Assembly (NCBI GenBank): GCA_964035545.1 | Contig: OZ037769.1 | Coordinates: 13,112,633 to 13,176,632 of the forward strand | Direction of reading: 5' to 3' | Source: Bugula neritina | Lineage: Eukaryota > Animalia > Bryozoa | Length of the DNA stretch: 64,000 nt | Shown here: positions 1 to 14,777 of the stretch, piece after piece | Position numbering within the stretch: the first letter of the stretch is position 1 | Layout: every line of letters starts with the position of its first letter | Made by a program: the position numbers and the translations under genes | Notes under the pieces: generated by a model | Told to the model about the DNA's origin: nothing | Seen by the model: the letters and a program-made list of their open reading frames with translations, nothing else | The model's database searches: none

Positions 1-1726
1 TCGACATCCATATACTGGTTCTACTGTATTTTATTGTAATTATGATGAAAGTTTATTAAATTGATGGATAATTTCATAGCTAGGACAACTCCTGCAAGTC
101 TCGTACACTGTTATTTAATATTAATTATATTATTCAAAACTGTACACTGGCTATAAAACTACTGAAATACAAACTTTTATTTCAGAATAAATTCCATTTG
201 GCACATTTAGTAACGATTACTCTATCACCGATAAAGAAGACAATCTCTCTGGCGTTTTAGAAATAAAATTAAATCAATGCTCTCAGTTTTGTATGTATTA
301 TATTAATTGTTACCTCTGGCTGTTTGTGGTTTAGATTTGGTGAAGAGTTTGATTTGGGCAAACATCCACAAGGCACTGAGGTCAAAGCAGTGACTTATAG
401 CAATATGCAGATACATGAGCATGATAGTGAGGCTTCCCCTGATGGTCTGGCACATGTGTTTGTTGTCATAGACATATAAGGTAGTTAGATCAAAAGAAGG
501 TTTAACTTCTTGCAATACAAAATTAGAGACAAATACTTTGAAGTTAGTTTTGTTGCTTACAGGTGCTCACAACTCTCTATTATTGCAGACGGGATGGTAT
601 CCTTAAGATACTAGACTTGGCGAGTGTGGCATTTCCCAACTGGCGTTTGATTCCCTGAAGCCTCTTTGACTAAGTTTACTGGTTGATAAGCCTGGACCGG
701 ATTATTATGTAAGCTCCGCCTCTGAAACATTTCCTTATTTGAGGAGAGATTAGACATACATGAGTTCTAAGGGTATCTTTACTGACATAGACGTATTGTC
801 TATCTGAGACATTGTAGAAGTATATGGCAGTTCCAATTTAGTTATGAGGATAATGAGCTAAGGCTATGTATTGATATTGAGTCTAAGAACTCTTGCTAAG
901 TAGCTGGAGTTATGTCTCTGGAATTCAACTGTTGAATCTCAGTTTCTCTGCTGCTTATTAGAAACACGGAATTAGTCAGGGTTTGAGCTCAGCAGGTCAA
1001 AGGTTAACTCTTCTGCTCAAAAGAAACTCAGCTCAACCATGAGATGATCATTTCGTGCAAAAAAGTAAAACATTTTTCAAGCTGAGAAACTTTACACCAG
1101 AGAGTAATGAAACATTTTCACAGTGCGGACAACTCCCAACTCATCACCATTATACTATTAGTAAAAGTACTGCCACCACAACTGTAATTCCTCTCATTAT
1201 TTAATATTTTAAAGGACAAACTTTAGCCAAAGCATAAATTTTTTCTCCATGCCTGAATATTTCTAAAATCAAATCTAGACTTCTCTGTGACTTAACTTAC
1301 TCTGTCACAGCTAAGTCTGACTTGACATAGTGACTCTGAGTTAGTATATCTCTACCCAAAATATCTAGCTTGAACATTGCTCAATTAGTAATAACAGTTC
1401 ATTGGCTCTATTTCTTAATTGTAAGGGTGCCATCAACTGCAACATTTTTGGTTGCTATGTTAACATGACTATTAATTTATTCAATCATTTGTCTTAGGCA
1501 ATAGTAATATTTATTATTAGGTAGTAGATGAAAATCTGTGTGGTGTTTTCTTCTCTTTTTTCAAATACTTGTTTTTAAATTTTAATTTGGTTTGAAATAA
1601 AAATATTATTACTAAAGTTTTGTTTTAACTTCACTGCAGTTTAACAGACTTACAGACTGTATGATTTGTAGCACCACTCACTAGATGAGAATATACTCTA
1701 CTACATGATTCGTATGTATATAGATT

Positions 1727-2280
1727 TGTGTGACATCCTTGCTAACTTTTATATTTTTTTATAACTTTCAATAAAAATATTTTATTGCATCAGCAAAAGA
1801 GTGATTTATTAAAGATACACGAGCAGCTAAAGCATAACAAAAAGCCATTATTTAAAACAGTTGTACATGCATAAAATAACAAGAAAGTAATTAAATGATT
1901 TTGCAACCAAACAGTTCTGCTGAGTTTTACACTGTGTTTTGTGACATCACGAGCATTTGCTTCTGCATTGTTGTAAGTTTCTTCTCTATTTGTGCACTTT
2001 GAGAGCAGTTTGAACTCAACCATTTGCCCAGCAGAATTGGTATTTGCATTCACCATTCTGTAGAATATGCTTGATGAACCAATGTGCAGTACATCTGTTA
2101 CCAATGCAATGAAAAAGCTTTTGAAAAGTACACATCGCTGGTCAAGTGCTTTGATTGGTGTGAAAAGGGAAATTATTAAAAGGTGGTAAGATAACTCCAA
2201 TACATGATGCAGTAGTTAACACTGCTTATGGTGGCTGTTTGGAAATGAGGAAAGCCAACTGGTTGTCTTGAATACACTGC
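1727..2280. repeat. Diverged locally duplicated block (paralogous to ~6066-6165, ~7085-7455, ~8259-8360 and ~9126-9160)
   Basis: Shared strings such as tgtgtgacatccttgct (1727, 6066, 9127), aagagtgatttattaaag...gagcagctaaagcat (1797, 8260), ggtaagataactccaataca and ggaaagccaactggttgtcttgaatacac/t (2184-2276, 7358-7453). Confidence 0.8.
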
Positions 2281-2788
2281 AGTTGAAGTTTTAACTATAG
2301 AGCTGTTTGTAGTACTTGTCACTCGCTGGAGCAATTATAGAGAAGTTGAGATAACTCAAGTTCTTTTATTGTATTACTGATTGACTTTTGGTTTGGGGCT
2401 TATACTACATAATAATCAAGACTAATGCATCTTCTCCACTGGTTTCACTACCAATTTGATTCAGTTTCCAATATCAGCAACTAGCAATCCGGTGAGCAGC
2501 TGGCCATGCACCCAGTATAAGTAAAGCTATAAAATGCAGAAAAGATGAGAGTGCAGGCTTCTATAATACTTATATATAAACAGAAATAACAGGTGTATGT
2601 TTAAACTTTAAATGAGCAAAATGTTTTGTGAATTTGGAGTTATGGGCACACTTATGCTTATAGAGAGCACCCCTTTGCTTTGACTATGAGTAATGACGAG
2701 TGAATTTGAGAGATTGAGTAAACTGGAACAATTAGATACAAATGTATTGAAGCAACCATATTGAAAACACTCTTTGAAAAGATATGGT

Positions 2789-2804
2789 GGCCCTGGAAAG
2801 GGCC
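2789..2804 (-). terminator. Histone 3' stem-loop of H2A (GGCCCT-TTCC-AGGGCC), followed by AAAGAG downstream element
   Basis: Reverse complement reads ccccaatGGCCCTTTCCAGGGCCacca...tcaaagagtg, ~25 nt after the H2A stop. Confidence 0.93.
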
Positions 2805-2828
2805 ATTGGGGTTGGGTAGTTTTAGTAT

Positions 2829-3206
2829 TTAGGCAGCAGCTTTCTTGGTCTTGCTGGGCAGCAGTACAGCCTGGATATTAGGCAACACACCACCCTGAGC
2901 TATGGTGACGCCTCCCAAGAGTCTGTTTAATTCTTCGTCATTCCTGATGGCTAGTTGCAAATGTCGGGGAATTATTCGTGTTTTCTTGTTGTCACGGGCA
3001 GCGTTTCCTGCCAACTCGAGTACCTCAGCAGCTAGATACTCCATTACAGCTGCCAGGTAAACTGGGGCACCAGCACCCACTCTTTCGGCATAGTTGCCTT
3101 TTCTGAGCAGACGGTGAATTCTTCCAACTGGAAACTGCAAGCCAGCCCTTGAAGACCTGGTCTTGCTCTTTCCCTTTGCTTTGCCTCCTTTTCCTCTTCC
3201 AGTCAT
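2829..3206 (-). CDS. H2A: Histone H2A, canonical replication-dependent type
   Basis: 125-aa intronless ORF with [40 protein letters not shown]; 3' stem-loop. N-terminus is TGRGK rather than SGRGK. Confidence 0.99.
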   Translation of the reverse strand: MTGRGKGGKAKGKSKTRSSRAGLQFPVGRIHRLLRKGNYAERVGAGAPVYLAAVMEYLAAEVLELAGNAARDNKKTRIIPRHLQLAIRNDEELNRLLGGVTIAQGGVLPNIQAVLLPSKTKKAAA

Positions 3207-3490
3207 ATTTGACGCGATTAATTTTGTTGTGCAAACTTTGCGGTAGTCACGGCTGGACGCGCTTCATATTTATACACAATCATGGTAGTTAGAAACTGTC
3301 CAATCAAAGACATTTGTAATAAACGGACGTCTTGGTAAGATTTCTCTAACCAACGTCGTTCGACCTAGAACGAGCGTACACTTGTCCAATGAAATGTTTA
3401 GAACTACCTCATTTGCATAAAATTTGAAATATAAACACATGTATTCCTATAGCGCTCCATCCTACATTAGCGTTCTAGTTTGGAAGAGAC
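3207..3490. promoter_or_regulatory. Bidirectional H2A/H2B promoter
   Basis: CCAAT at 3386, octamer ATTTGCAT at 3411-3418, TATAAA at 3430 (H2B side); tttata (minus-strand TATAAA) near 3269 (H2A side); motif aaacggacgtcttggt at 3321-3336. Confidence 0.85.
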
Positions 3491-3859
3491 ATGCCTCCTA
3501 AAGTTAGCTCAAAAGGTGCCAAAAAGGCTGGCAAAGCCAAAGCTGCCCGCACTGGTGACAAGAAGAAAAAAAGAAAAAGAAAGGAAAGTTATGGGATATA
3601 CATCTATAAGGTCTTAAAGCAGGTTCATCCAGACACAGGTGTTTCATCAAAGGCGATGAGCATTATGAACAGCTTCGTTAACGATGTGTTTGAGAGAATT
3701 GCTGGCGAAGCATCAAGACTGGCTCATTATAACAAGAGATCGACAATAACTAGCCGTGAAGTACAAACGGCGGTGAGATTGATTCTCCCCGGAGAACTTG
3801 CCAAGCACGCAGTATCTGAGGGAACTAAAGCTGTCACGAAATATACCAGCTCAAAATAA
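3491..3859 (+). CDS. H2B: Histone H2B, canonical
   Basis: 122-aa intronless ORF with [26 protein letters not shown]...[16 protein letters not shown]; 3' stem-loop. Confidence 0.99.
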   Translation: MPPKVSSKGAKKAGKAKAARTGDKKKKRKRKESYGIYIYKVLKQVHPDTGVSSKAMSIMNSFVNDVFERIAGEASRLAHYNKRSTITSREVQTAVRLILPGELAKHAVSEGTKAVTKYTSSK

Positions 3860-3885
3860 ACTACACTGTAAAACTAAACCCCAAC

Positions 3886-3901
3886 GGCCCTTTTCAGGGC
3901 C
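3886..3901 (+). terminator. Histone 3' stem-loop of H2B with AAGAGTT downstream element
   Basis: ccaacGGCCCTTTTCAGGGCCacca, then aagagtt 13 nt later. Confidence 0.96.
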
Positions 3902-4738
3902 ACCAAATTGTATCAAGAGTTGTTCTTTTACTACGTTTAAATGCATTGAATAGAATAACTATTTAATTAATCATTTTTACCTTGCCTATAGCTATGTTAA
4001 CCTGTGTGCAATGTAAATAAAACACCTGCCAACTGATAGAGCAGCACATTGCAGACTCAAGTTGCCTTTATACCTTCACGATTTTCAGCAGAGGTATAAA
4101 CGCAACTTAGGAGTTGCCTGATCATTTGTTCAGTAATAATTTTGCAGTTAGTTATGGGGTATGACGCTATCACAACCTAGATAACATAAAAGGTTGAGAG
4201 TTGAGTAGAGAGCCAGTACAGCATTTCCAGCCCTATAACCTAGTGGGTGCGCAAACGATATCTTTACGAGAAATACAAAATCCCGTTAAATACAATGAAT
4301 GAATAATATAGTATTAACTTTAGACTCATTGGACATTGTATTGGTATATTTTATATTTATCTGTACAAGCTAGCAATTTACTTGCGTAAATAAGTGTGAG
4401 AAACATTATGGTTTTAATAAACTTTATTAGGTAAAGTAATCAACTGCTGTGTCATTATAATCATTAGCTGGAGTGTGCTCACTGCTACTTTGACTTGGTA
4501 TGTTCTACTTATTACATCATAATCAACTAGACTGCGAGCCTACTATAATCATACATTACATATTGGTTACTGCAATCAACACTGCACAGAGAAATTCAAT
4601 TCCAGCTTTAAAGCGAGACTTCATAATTATTAGAGGCTATATTTTTTAGATTTGCCTGCCTTTAATATATTATATATAAAAATGCAAAAAATAGTAGTAG
4701 GACGGATTAATGAACAATACACTTTGGGATGAATGGTT

Positions 4739-4754
4739 GGCCCTGAAAAGGGCC
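4739..4754 (-). terminator. Histone 3' stem-loop of H4
   Basis: Reverse complement cccaacGGCCCTTTTCAGGGCCaacca...aaagtg. Confidence 0.95.
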
Positions 4755-4779
4755 GTTGGGTCAAAATGGTGAGGGTAGT

Positions 4780-5764
<985 letters not shown>

Positions 5765-5792
5765 GTCTAAACTTCCAAACCCTAAACCCAAC

Positions 5793-5808
5793 GGCCCTTT
5801 TCAGGGCC
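5793..5808 (+). terminator. Histone 3' stem-loop of H3 with AAGAGTT downstream element
   Basis: cccaacGGCCCTTTTCAGGGCCacca...aagaagagtt. Confidence 0.96.
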
Positions 5809-8493
5809 ACCAATATTAAGAAGAGTTTGTTCATGTGCATCTTGTTATTATAGTTGCTAAATTTCAAGTGAAAAAGCTTATCTAATTTTTTGTAATTTAA
5901 TTTATTTACTTTATAAAATGCAACAAGTTCAACCTATAATGATACAATCTGCCAAAAGTTAGAGCAATACATTCCAGGTTATAAGAGTTGTCTCATCTTT
6001 GATCAGTAATTAAGCTGTTGTATAATATATGGCACCTGCTGGTGTTTGACTGCAGCATTTCCTGGTGTGTGACATCCTTGCTCATTTTTATATTCTACTA
6101 CTTCAACTTTCAATTGAAATATTTTATTGCTTTAGCAAGAGTTCTTTATTAAAGAAATGATAGCAGAGTGTTTAAAACTCTGTTATAAAACATTTAGGTT
6201 AGTAAGAATATAATTTATGTGTAAACTAGTAATATGCGAGAACTAACTTTTGCATGCAAAATGAACACTTTCCGTAAACAGAATATGTAGCTTATAAACG
6301 TGCTAACACTTGTGATATGTTATAGTGGGAGAAAAACACAAAATTATATTTAGCAAGGACAGGAGAGTTTGAAAAGTACAATCATGTTAAATGTGGTTGT
6401 AACTGATTGTGTGTTGCCCACTATAAATAACTATATTGACCCCATTGACTTCCTATTTATGTTTATGTTTAGGTGACATCGGGCAGCAGGCATTACTCAT
6501 CTGCCTTGTGCTGACTATTAGATTTGTGGTCAGGTCATTGTGGTTGGGGTGGCTGTCATTCTTGCCCTACCTCTACCGGGCTGGGTTGGTACCCTGAGGC
6601 TATACCCAGTGAATGTTTACTATGTTTTGGGACACTTAATAATTCTGGTATTTTTTAGGGACAATAGTTGTTCATACATGCAATATGTTTTTGCCTGGTA
6701 CAGTAACAACAACCAGAGTATATAAACACCTAACAAACTCAATACAATAAGTTGGCAGCACTCTTTAACAAAACTGTACTCGCTATTTTATTAATCTACT
6801 GGTTTGACAATATTATTTACTGGCACTGTCTATGAAGGACCTAAGAGGTTGGTTACTTTTATTCAGATTATTATCTGAATTATTATTTTATAATAAATTT
6901 ACTTTTATGGTTCTTGTGAGCATTACTTTAATATTTTTAACTACATTTATATGCATGCAATCATTTACATACCTTTTGCCTTTTCTTATTTAGTTGTTTC
7001 CAGTATAACCTTCAATAAACTTCTGCGTTTGGGAACCCTGGCGGTTTATTTATACGGGGCCAGTATAACAGTGGTCACATAATATTTATATAGTTGTTGG
7101 ACTTCACACTGTAGCCTGTGACATTAAGAGCATGTGTCTTCTGCAGTCTGCAGTTGTAATTGTCTCCTCTTCGCATTCTAAGAATATGCTGAACAGTCTT
7201 GTGTCCATCATAGTTGGTATCGGCATTCACCATTTTGTAGAATATGCTCCATGAAACAATGTCTATGTTTGATGGAAATGCAATGAGAAAGTTTTTAAAG
7301 ATTATATTCATCACTGGTCAAGTACATTGATTGGTGCAGAAGATGAAGCTAAAAAGTGGTAAGATAACTCCAATACATAATGCATGAGTTAACACTGCTC
7401 ACAGCAGCTGGTTGGTTGGCAATTAGGAAAGCCAACTGGTTGTCTTGAATACATGCCGAGTTCAGCTTTTCTTTCAGAGTTGTAACAAGAGTTGGTGGCA
7501 CTTCCAGTGTCTCTACAGTGTACAGTTTGTCAGTTGACCTGTAGACAGTGGGGAGATAATTACTCTTGTATATTAATTTCTAAGAGCAACTCATCAATTA
7601 AATTGTTGAAAGTTGTCAGTATAAATATACAAAATATTAAAATAATCTAATTTTATGCAATGTTTTCAATCACTGATGCTGTGGCTTAAATTATATTTCA
7701 AAGACATTATGAGGTATTTCAATACATTTTCCTTAAATATATTCTCTTTCAAAATCTAGCAAAAAAGTGCAATTTTCAGTATAATTATTATCTGGGACTC
7801 CCTAATCACTTATTTGCTAAAGTCAAGTCTGAGCTTACATCTGGCTGTAAGCAAATTATTTAACTTGAAAAATAGTTTGCATTTGAATTTATTAACTTCA
7901 AGAGCCAACAACTCCAAAATTCATGGCTAGCTGCTCTGGTTATATACGACTCTATTAACTTATTAAATTCTCTGTTCTATAGGCAATAATAGAATTTATT
8001 ATTAAGTAATAGATAGAAAATTATTTGGTATTTGCTTTTCAATTTGGCAAATCTGTGTTTTCATATTCTTTCTCAATTGGAACTATAGAAGATTTTAATA
8101 GAATGCATTAATTTTCTTTTGCACCACACAATAGATTATAATATAATAATTCACTAAAGAATGCTTGTGTTACAATAACAATAAACATAGATTTGCATAA
8201 CTCTTTTATGTTTTACTGTTAGCTATTTCTAATAAACACATTACATTTTGAGTTAGTGAAAGAGTGATTTATTAAAGTAATATGAGCAGCTAAAGCATTA
8301 ACAAAAAGCTGCTATTTAAAATAGTTGAACATAAAAGACCAAGAAAGTGATTAAATGACTTGAGTTTACGTAATGCTTACGATTGGCCAATGAAATGCTT
8401 CCAACTACCTAATTTGCGTATAAATTGTAATATAAACCCATGTGTAGCGTTTTTTTAAACTTCATTTCTACATGAAGACTCTGTGGTAAGAAA

Positions 8494-8826
8494 ATGGCTC
8501 CTAAAGTTATCTCTGAAAGCAACAAGAAAGGAAGAAGATACAGAAAGGAGAGCTATAATGCAATCTACATACACAAGATATTAAACCAAGTGCACCCAGA
8601 CACGGGTGTATCTAGCAGTGCCATGTGCATCATGGACAGCTTTATGAATGATATTTTCATAAGAATTGCTGGTGAAGCATCAAAACTCTCTCAGTACAGC
8701 AAGAAACCCACTATGACTAGCCGGGAAGTGCAAACAGCTGTGAGGCTAGTTCTCCCCGGAGAATTGATCAAACATGCTGTAACTGAGGGAAGGAGAGCTG
8801 TAAACAAATATACCAGCTCCAAGTAA
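8494..8826 (+). CDS. Divergent histone H2B variant (110 aa, short N-tail)
   Basis: Intact ORF with H2B fold motifs ([31 protein letters not shown]); upstream CCAAT/octamer-like/TATA block homologous to the H2B promoter; intact stem-loop. Confidence 0.9.
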   Translation: MAPKVISESNKKGRRYRKESYNAIYIHKILNQVHPDTGVSSSAMCIMDSFMNDIFIRIAGEASKLSQYSKKPTMTSREVQTAVRLVLPGELIKHAVTEGRRAVNKYTSSK

Positions 8827-8852
8827 ACTGCATGTAGAACAAAACCCCCAAC

Positions 8853-8868
8853 GGCCCTTTTCAGGGCC
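8853..8868 (+). terminator. Histone 3' stem-loop of the H2B variant with AAGAGTT downstream element
   Basis: cccaacGGCCCTTTTCAGGGCCatcaacctgttcaagagttgttct, homologous to the H2B 3' end. Confidence 0.95.
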
Positions 8869-9338
8869 ATCAACCTGTTCAAGAGTTGTTCTCTATCTAC
8901 GGACAAGTACATTGAATAAACTCATTTTGAGTTAGTTATAGTATAATATATTTAGCTGTATTCAACAAATGCAGTCTAAATAACGCATGTATTATTAAAA
9001 TCTGGCAAAAGACTGAGCAGTACATTGCAGGTTATAAGAGTTGTCTCATCTTTGATCAGTAATTGAGCTGTTGTATAATAATATAATATATGGCACCAGC
9101 TGGTGCTTGACCACAGCATTTCCTGGTGTGTGACATCCTTGCTCATTCTAATATTCTACTATACTTATATATATATATATATATATATAGGGACAAATCC
9201 CGAAACAGCTGCTGTCCACAGATTGAGATATATATATATATATATATATATAATAATTGTATCGTGAGATTTTTAAAAAACAGCGATAAAAAAGTGCTCA
9301 AATTATTATGTGTATAATAATGAGCAATTATATTATAT

Positions 9339-9546
<208 letters not shown>

Positions 9547-10125
9547 TGTAATTTTGCTCATTTGCTACAGATATTTATTTCTTTTAAAGATTTATCTTGT
9601 GTTTACATGTTATACGAGCACTCATTTTTTACTTTTGGAACTGTTTGGTATGCTGTCAACACAATGAAATGATACACCAGTGAAGATTCAATGCAAACCT
9701 ATAATACTGTGTCTCTTGAAATTTACGTTTCTCTTATGTTGCAAACTTTCAAATGTGCTATCAGTCCTTGTTAAGACAATAGATAATCCTCCAGTAGTTA
9801 TGGTCACTCCTCACAGTGAATAATAATTACTCTTAATAGATCTGGCTGGGCTAATGTAAGTAAAAGGGTGAAAACATTGGGTAGCATGAACAAACTATAA
9901 TCACATCATGAATTGTCTTTTTGAAAAAAGAACCTTCATATATACAGAAATTAACCATATGCATATATAATGCACGTAATGTAAGCTTAATATGAGATCA
10001 AAGCATGGAAATGTAGTGATTATTGCACTTATACAGAGATACTGCTTCATGTTTTGCATGATAATGAGTCATGAATTAAGCAATACTGGAATTCACCTAT
10101 TTCTTTACAGTGATCTAATTAATTA

Positions 10126-10206
10126 ATGGCACAGGTAAAAATGGCACAGGTAATAATGGCACTGGTAATAATGGCATAAATGGAAAAGTAGGGTCAAAAT
10201 GGCACA
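10126..10206 (+). repeat. 15-bp tandem repeat (aatggcacaggtaat-like), probably a subterminal repeat of a DNA-transposon/MITE fragment
   Basis: aatggcacaggtaaa aatggcacaggtaat aatggcactggtaat aatggcat..., and aatggcaca again at ~10198. Confidence 0.6.
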
Positions 10207-10690
10207 CTAGCTGATGTTAAATTTTCCTAAACCAGCTAAACTGGAACCCCCATCCTATGCAAACTCCCATCTTCAAACTCAAACTCCCACCCCCAAACTT
10301 AGCCCCCCCCCACATCTCAATTAATGGTTACCTATGTATATGCCTGAGGTTGAATGCTTTTGTCAAATAATAATAGAAATTCATACAAGTTTATTCTAGT
10401 GTTCATAGCTTTAAAATGTCTTACATACTTTTTGTTTACAATAAAAAAACAATATGCTATTACAGCTGCTGGTAGTCGTCACTATTGCAGTGAGGTGAAT
10501 GGCTGAGATTTAAATAGCTAACTATATAAGCTTGTATTGTTTTTTAGAGTGCTTTGGTTACTTTTGTTCTGTGAAGTTAGTTCAATTTTAGATATTCAAT
10601 AAGCCAGTTGTGAGTTGCGAAGTTCTTCTAGATATTCATATGTAGTTGCAATTTAACTGGCACTCTCCTATATAAAGGGAAAGAGGTATG

Positions 10691-11244
<554 letters not shown>

Positions 11245-11729
11245 TGTAATAATTTAATGCGTGGAATGTTATGATTCGCTGCATGTAATTATTCACAGAG
11301 AGAAATATTAGTGCAGCACTTGCACTAAAGTTGTTCAAAGAGCCTTTTATTGTCGGTATAGCCTGCACCACACCTCTAATAGTTGTTAGACCTGCACTTA
11401 TTTTGGTGAAATTGAAAATTAATCCGATTAGTGTAAGCTGAAAAATATTTTGTAGTAGCTCTGAAACCACTTAGTTGTTAAGTCAACGCTACTTTTCACA
11501 AGTATTACGTAACCATCATCTCTAGGTCTGAATGAAGCTAAACAGTAGTTGATAGGAGCAGAAAGTGAGATCAATGCTACAACTACATATGTTCAAGCAA
11601 AATTTTATTTACATAAGAATTATGGAACAATCAGCAGTTGTTCAACTAACAACATTATTCGTTCACATGTGCACTAATGATGATCACAAACCTTTATAGG
11701 AAGATAGGATAGAGTTGAACCCTACATTT

Positions 11730-12128
11730 GGGTCATTTCAATTGGTGCTTCCCAGTTAGATGCTATTTATACATTTTAGGTGCAATTTATTTGAATACTA
11801 TTGAAATATGTGTGTATTTAAATAAATTTGAGTCAATTGCTTTTTATAATTGGCACACAAATAAATTTCTTTGCTCTGCATAAACCTATTAATTTTGCAT
11901 TTTCCATATTTTTTGTTTTTTGAAAAAATGTTATTATTAATGCATTTAATGCTTTTTTTCAACACAAATTTGGGAAAATTTAAATATTATTGCAAATATA
12001 TCATATTAATGGTTATTTTATGTTTAGCAATTGATATGAAAGTTATATAAGGGTATATAGGTATATAATACTTAGTACCAAAACAAAAAATACAACCTAA
12101 CTGGGGAGCATATAAGTGGAATGAAACT
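11730..12128. mobile_element. Degenerate MITE with GGGTCATT-type termini
   Basis: Left gggtcatttcaattggtgcttcccagttag; right ctaactggggagcatataagtggaatgaaac (imperfect inverted match). Terminal motif resembles that of 38880-39503. Confidence 0.5.
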
Positions 12129-14598
12129 CCTTCAACCTACTAGCTGTTTATGATTTCGAAATTTTTTTGAACCCAAGACATTTTCAAATAGTTTGTTACC
12201 AGACTACTATTAAACATTGCCCCACTCCGTTTATCAAAGACTTAAAGGTTGAATTTATCAACAAAAAAATCAACTGCACATATCTCTTGCATGGGTAGTT
12301 TAGGCTTCACTAGTCAATTTCATTCATGGAAAGGAAAGCCAACTAATTTAAAATGTGTGTAAAAGAGAGATCAAGGAGATGCACCATTAAACTCCAATGT
12401 GCTCAGTTATCAGCAAATGTGTTTCAAACAAGAAGCTTAAAATTAACAATGAAACAAGCTACTGAATAGTCAATTGTGGATCAGGTGAACCACTTCAAAA
12501 GCCTTGTGTAAACTTGTGTAAACTACCTGGTGGAACAAAAGAAGATGTTGCATAACAGAGCTATAGTAAGGAAATATTTAAATTGTAATTCAAAGGCAAG
12601 AAACTGGCTTACTAAGCATTGAAAGAGCAAAACAAAGGTTATTACATAACAGCACATAGTTTTCATTCACGGCTATTGACAGAAGAAATATTCTGCCGGC
12701 ATAGTGAACACCAGAGGCTCAGACTAAGAGGTTGTGCTTTGAGATTCAGTGAATTTGTGCTTCCAAACAACCTCACAACATGGAAAACATTGATTCAGTT
12801 TGCAGTTACCTCTCAGAGATAGAAGATGATCACTTTCTTTCAGAGTTAGGAACTGAAGTTGTCATTGCAGCAAAGGGTAAGTTCAATCATTTGCTTAACG
12901 TTGTCATTTTATATCACAATGACAGTATGACTATTGCTGTAGACAGATAATTGAATTTGTGCAACTATAACTTTTAAGAGACCACATTGACTGATATTTC
13001 CCAAACTACTCTATTCCTATATCAATTTGATACGAGTTTTCCTGTAACAATCTATTTTCAAAAAATTTAGCGTTTTATTTCCACTTCACCTTCTAGCAAT
13101 TTGTGCTAAATTCATTAATTTGAATTCCCCTCCCCCCATTGTAGAAGTATTGTTAATAATGCAGTTTAGCAGCCTACAAGTAGTTATTACTATTAGCCTT
13201 AAGCAGCTGCCAAGCTAGCTTCTTGTTTTATAGCTAAGTACCAAAATGCCAATATTAGTGGTGAGTTGGCAAAGTTGGCAAAATTTTTTATTAACTTCTG
13301 TGCTACCAGTTTATTCTTTTATTTATCTTTGCACAGCACAATTAAATATAAAAACATGTTCAGGTAGCAATATTTTTCTTGGTAGTACCATATTTGTTTT
13401 TCAATTTATAGACATACTGAAACTTATCAATATCTGTTATCTCGATATGAGGGGTCCATATAAAATGCTGACTCCAGCTTAAATTGTGGTTCACTGACAT
13501 TTTAGGATAATTTTAATGCAGAGAAGCTTCTATTAACTAAACTAATTATGCCCAACAGCTCTTGCATTTGTAATTAAGAAAGAAGTAAATTAAAATGATG
13601 GCCAAAATTGTTACTAAATTTTGATAAGCTCAAACTAACCCAAATACTACGCAACATAATGATCATAAGTTTGCCAAAGCCTGTATGGTTATTCAGAATC
13701 AAACGATTGGTACGATGGTGCTGAAAATATGCCGAAAGATTCATAGCTAACATCATTGATACTATTAGTTTTGGCCTTAGACTTCAGCTTCTTCAAAGTT
13801 GAACTTAATTTATTTACGCTGCTTGTGATTGTATATCTTAACCAAATGTTTACTGTTCATACTAATACAGTTTAAATATTACCCAACTTTTATCTTTTGT
13901 TGTAGATCCCATAACATTTTTTAAGAACATGCACTCAAAGATGCTGAATAGGAGCACAAAAAAGAATTTGACTGCTAAAAAACTTTGAATCATGCTGAGA
14001 CCTTCAGCCTGCAAGCAGGCGCACTCACCACTACATTACAAGCGTCACTGGGTGCTCTCGACACTACACCTTACCCACTTTTCAAGAACTCAGCTGCCTT
14101 TTTTATACTACTCCTTCAAGCTTCCCTGACCGCTCAACTCCTCTCGGAGTACTACCACACTTTACTAACCACTGGAATTAGTTATAAAACTTCCCCCTCC
14201 CCCCCTCCCGTACTTGGGTTACTATCACAGACCTCGGACTTGCACACAGGTGTGCTAACCATCACACACCACAACTGCTTGGTTATCGCTACGCTACAGA
14301 GCAAGAATGTAATGACAGACACTATGGTCTTAGCAGGTTCTGCTAATATTGAGAAAAGTTAACTAAATTTACAGTCGTAGAAAAATTCTGCAAATGTTTA
14401 TTTTCATGTTTTTTTTTCTTATTTTAATCTTTAGAAGTTATTTTTTGTTGCATTTCTTATATTCAACTATCATATACAATAAAATCCACATTACTATACT
14501 CTCATACTGGTTAGAAGTTATGACAAGTTAATTCAGAGTGATCAGTAATAATTTTTGCAGAAGCTTATTTCCAACAAAAATTAGAGCAGCATGGAACA

Positions 14599-14777
14599 TT
14601 TATAAGTTCAGCTTTGAATATAACTTAGTTCAGCATTGAGCATATCTAAGATCATCATTGAACAGAAATAAGATCATCATTGAACATATACAATATCACT
14701 ATTGAGCATAAATAAGATCACCATTGAAAATATATAAGCTCACCATTGAACATATATAAGATCACGATTGAACATAA
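14599..14777 (+). repeat. ~21-bp degenerate minisatellite (ataagatcaccattgaacata-like), ~8 copies
   Basis: Recurring taag(a/t)tca(g/t/c)cattgaaca units. Confidence 0.8.

Noticed and set aside
303-1060. Minus-strand ORF and coding-like stretch
   Set aside because: Multiple stops and no recognisable motif; possibly a decayed retroelement, but unsupported.
1790-2200. 136-aa minus ORF similar to 7075-7314
   Set aside because: Similarity is explained by the DNA-level duplication; starts and stops are not conserved between copies and no family is recognised.
12242-12897. Possible Kolobok-like MITE (ttaa-aggttgaa...ttcaa)
   Set aside because: The right terminus is too degenerate to support.
13960-14290. 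tRNA-like segments on the minus strand (also ~42800-42880)
   Set aside because: No complete cloverleaf; probably decayed SINE-derived repeats, not tRNA genes.
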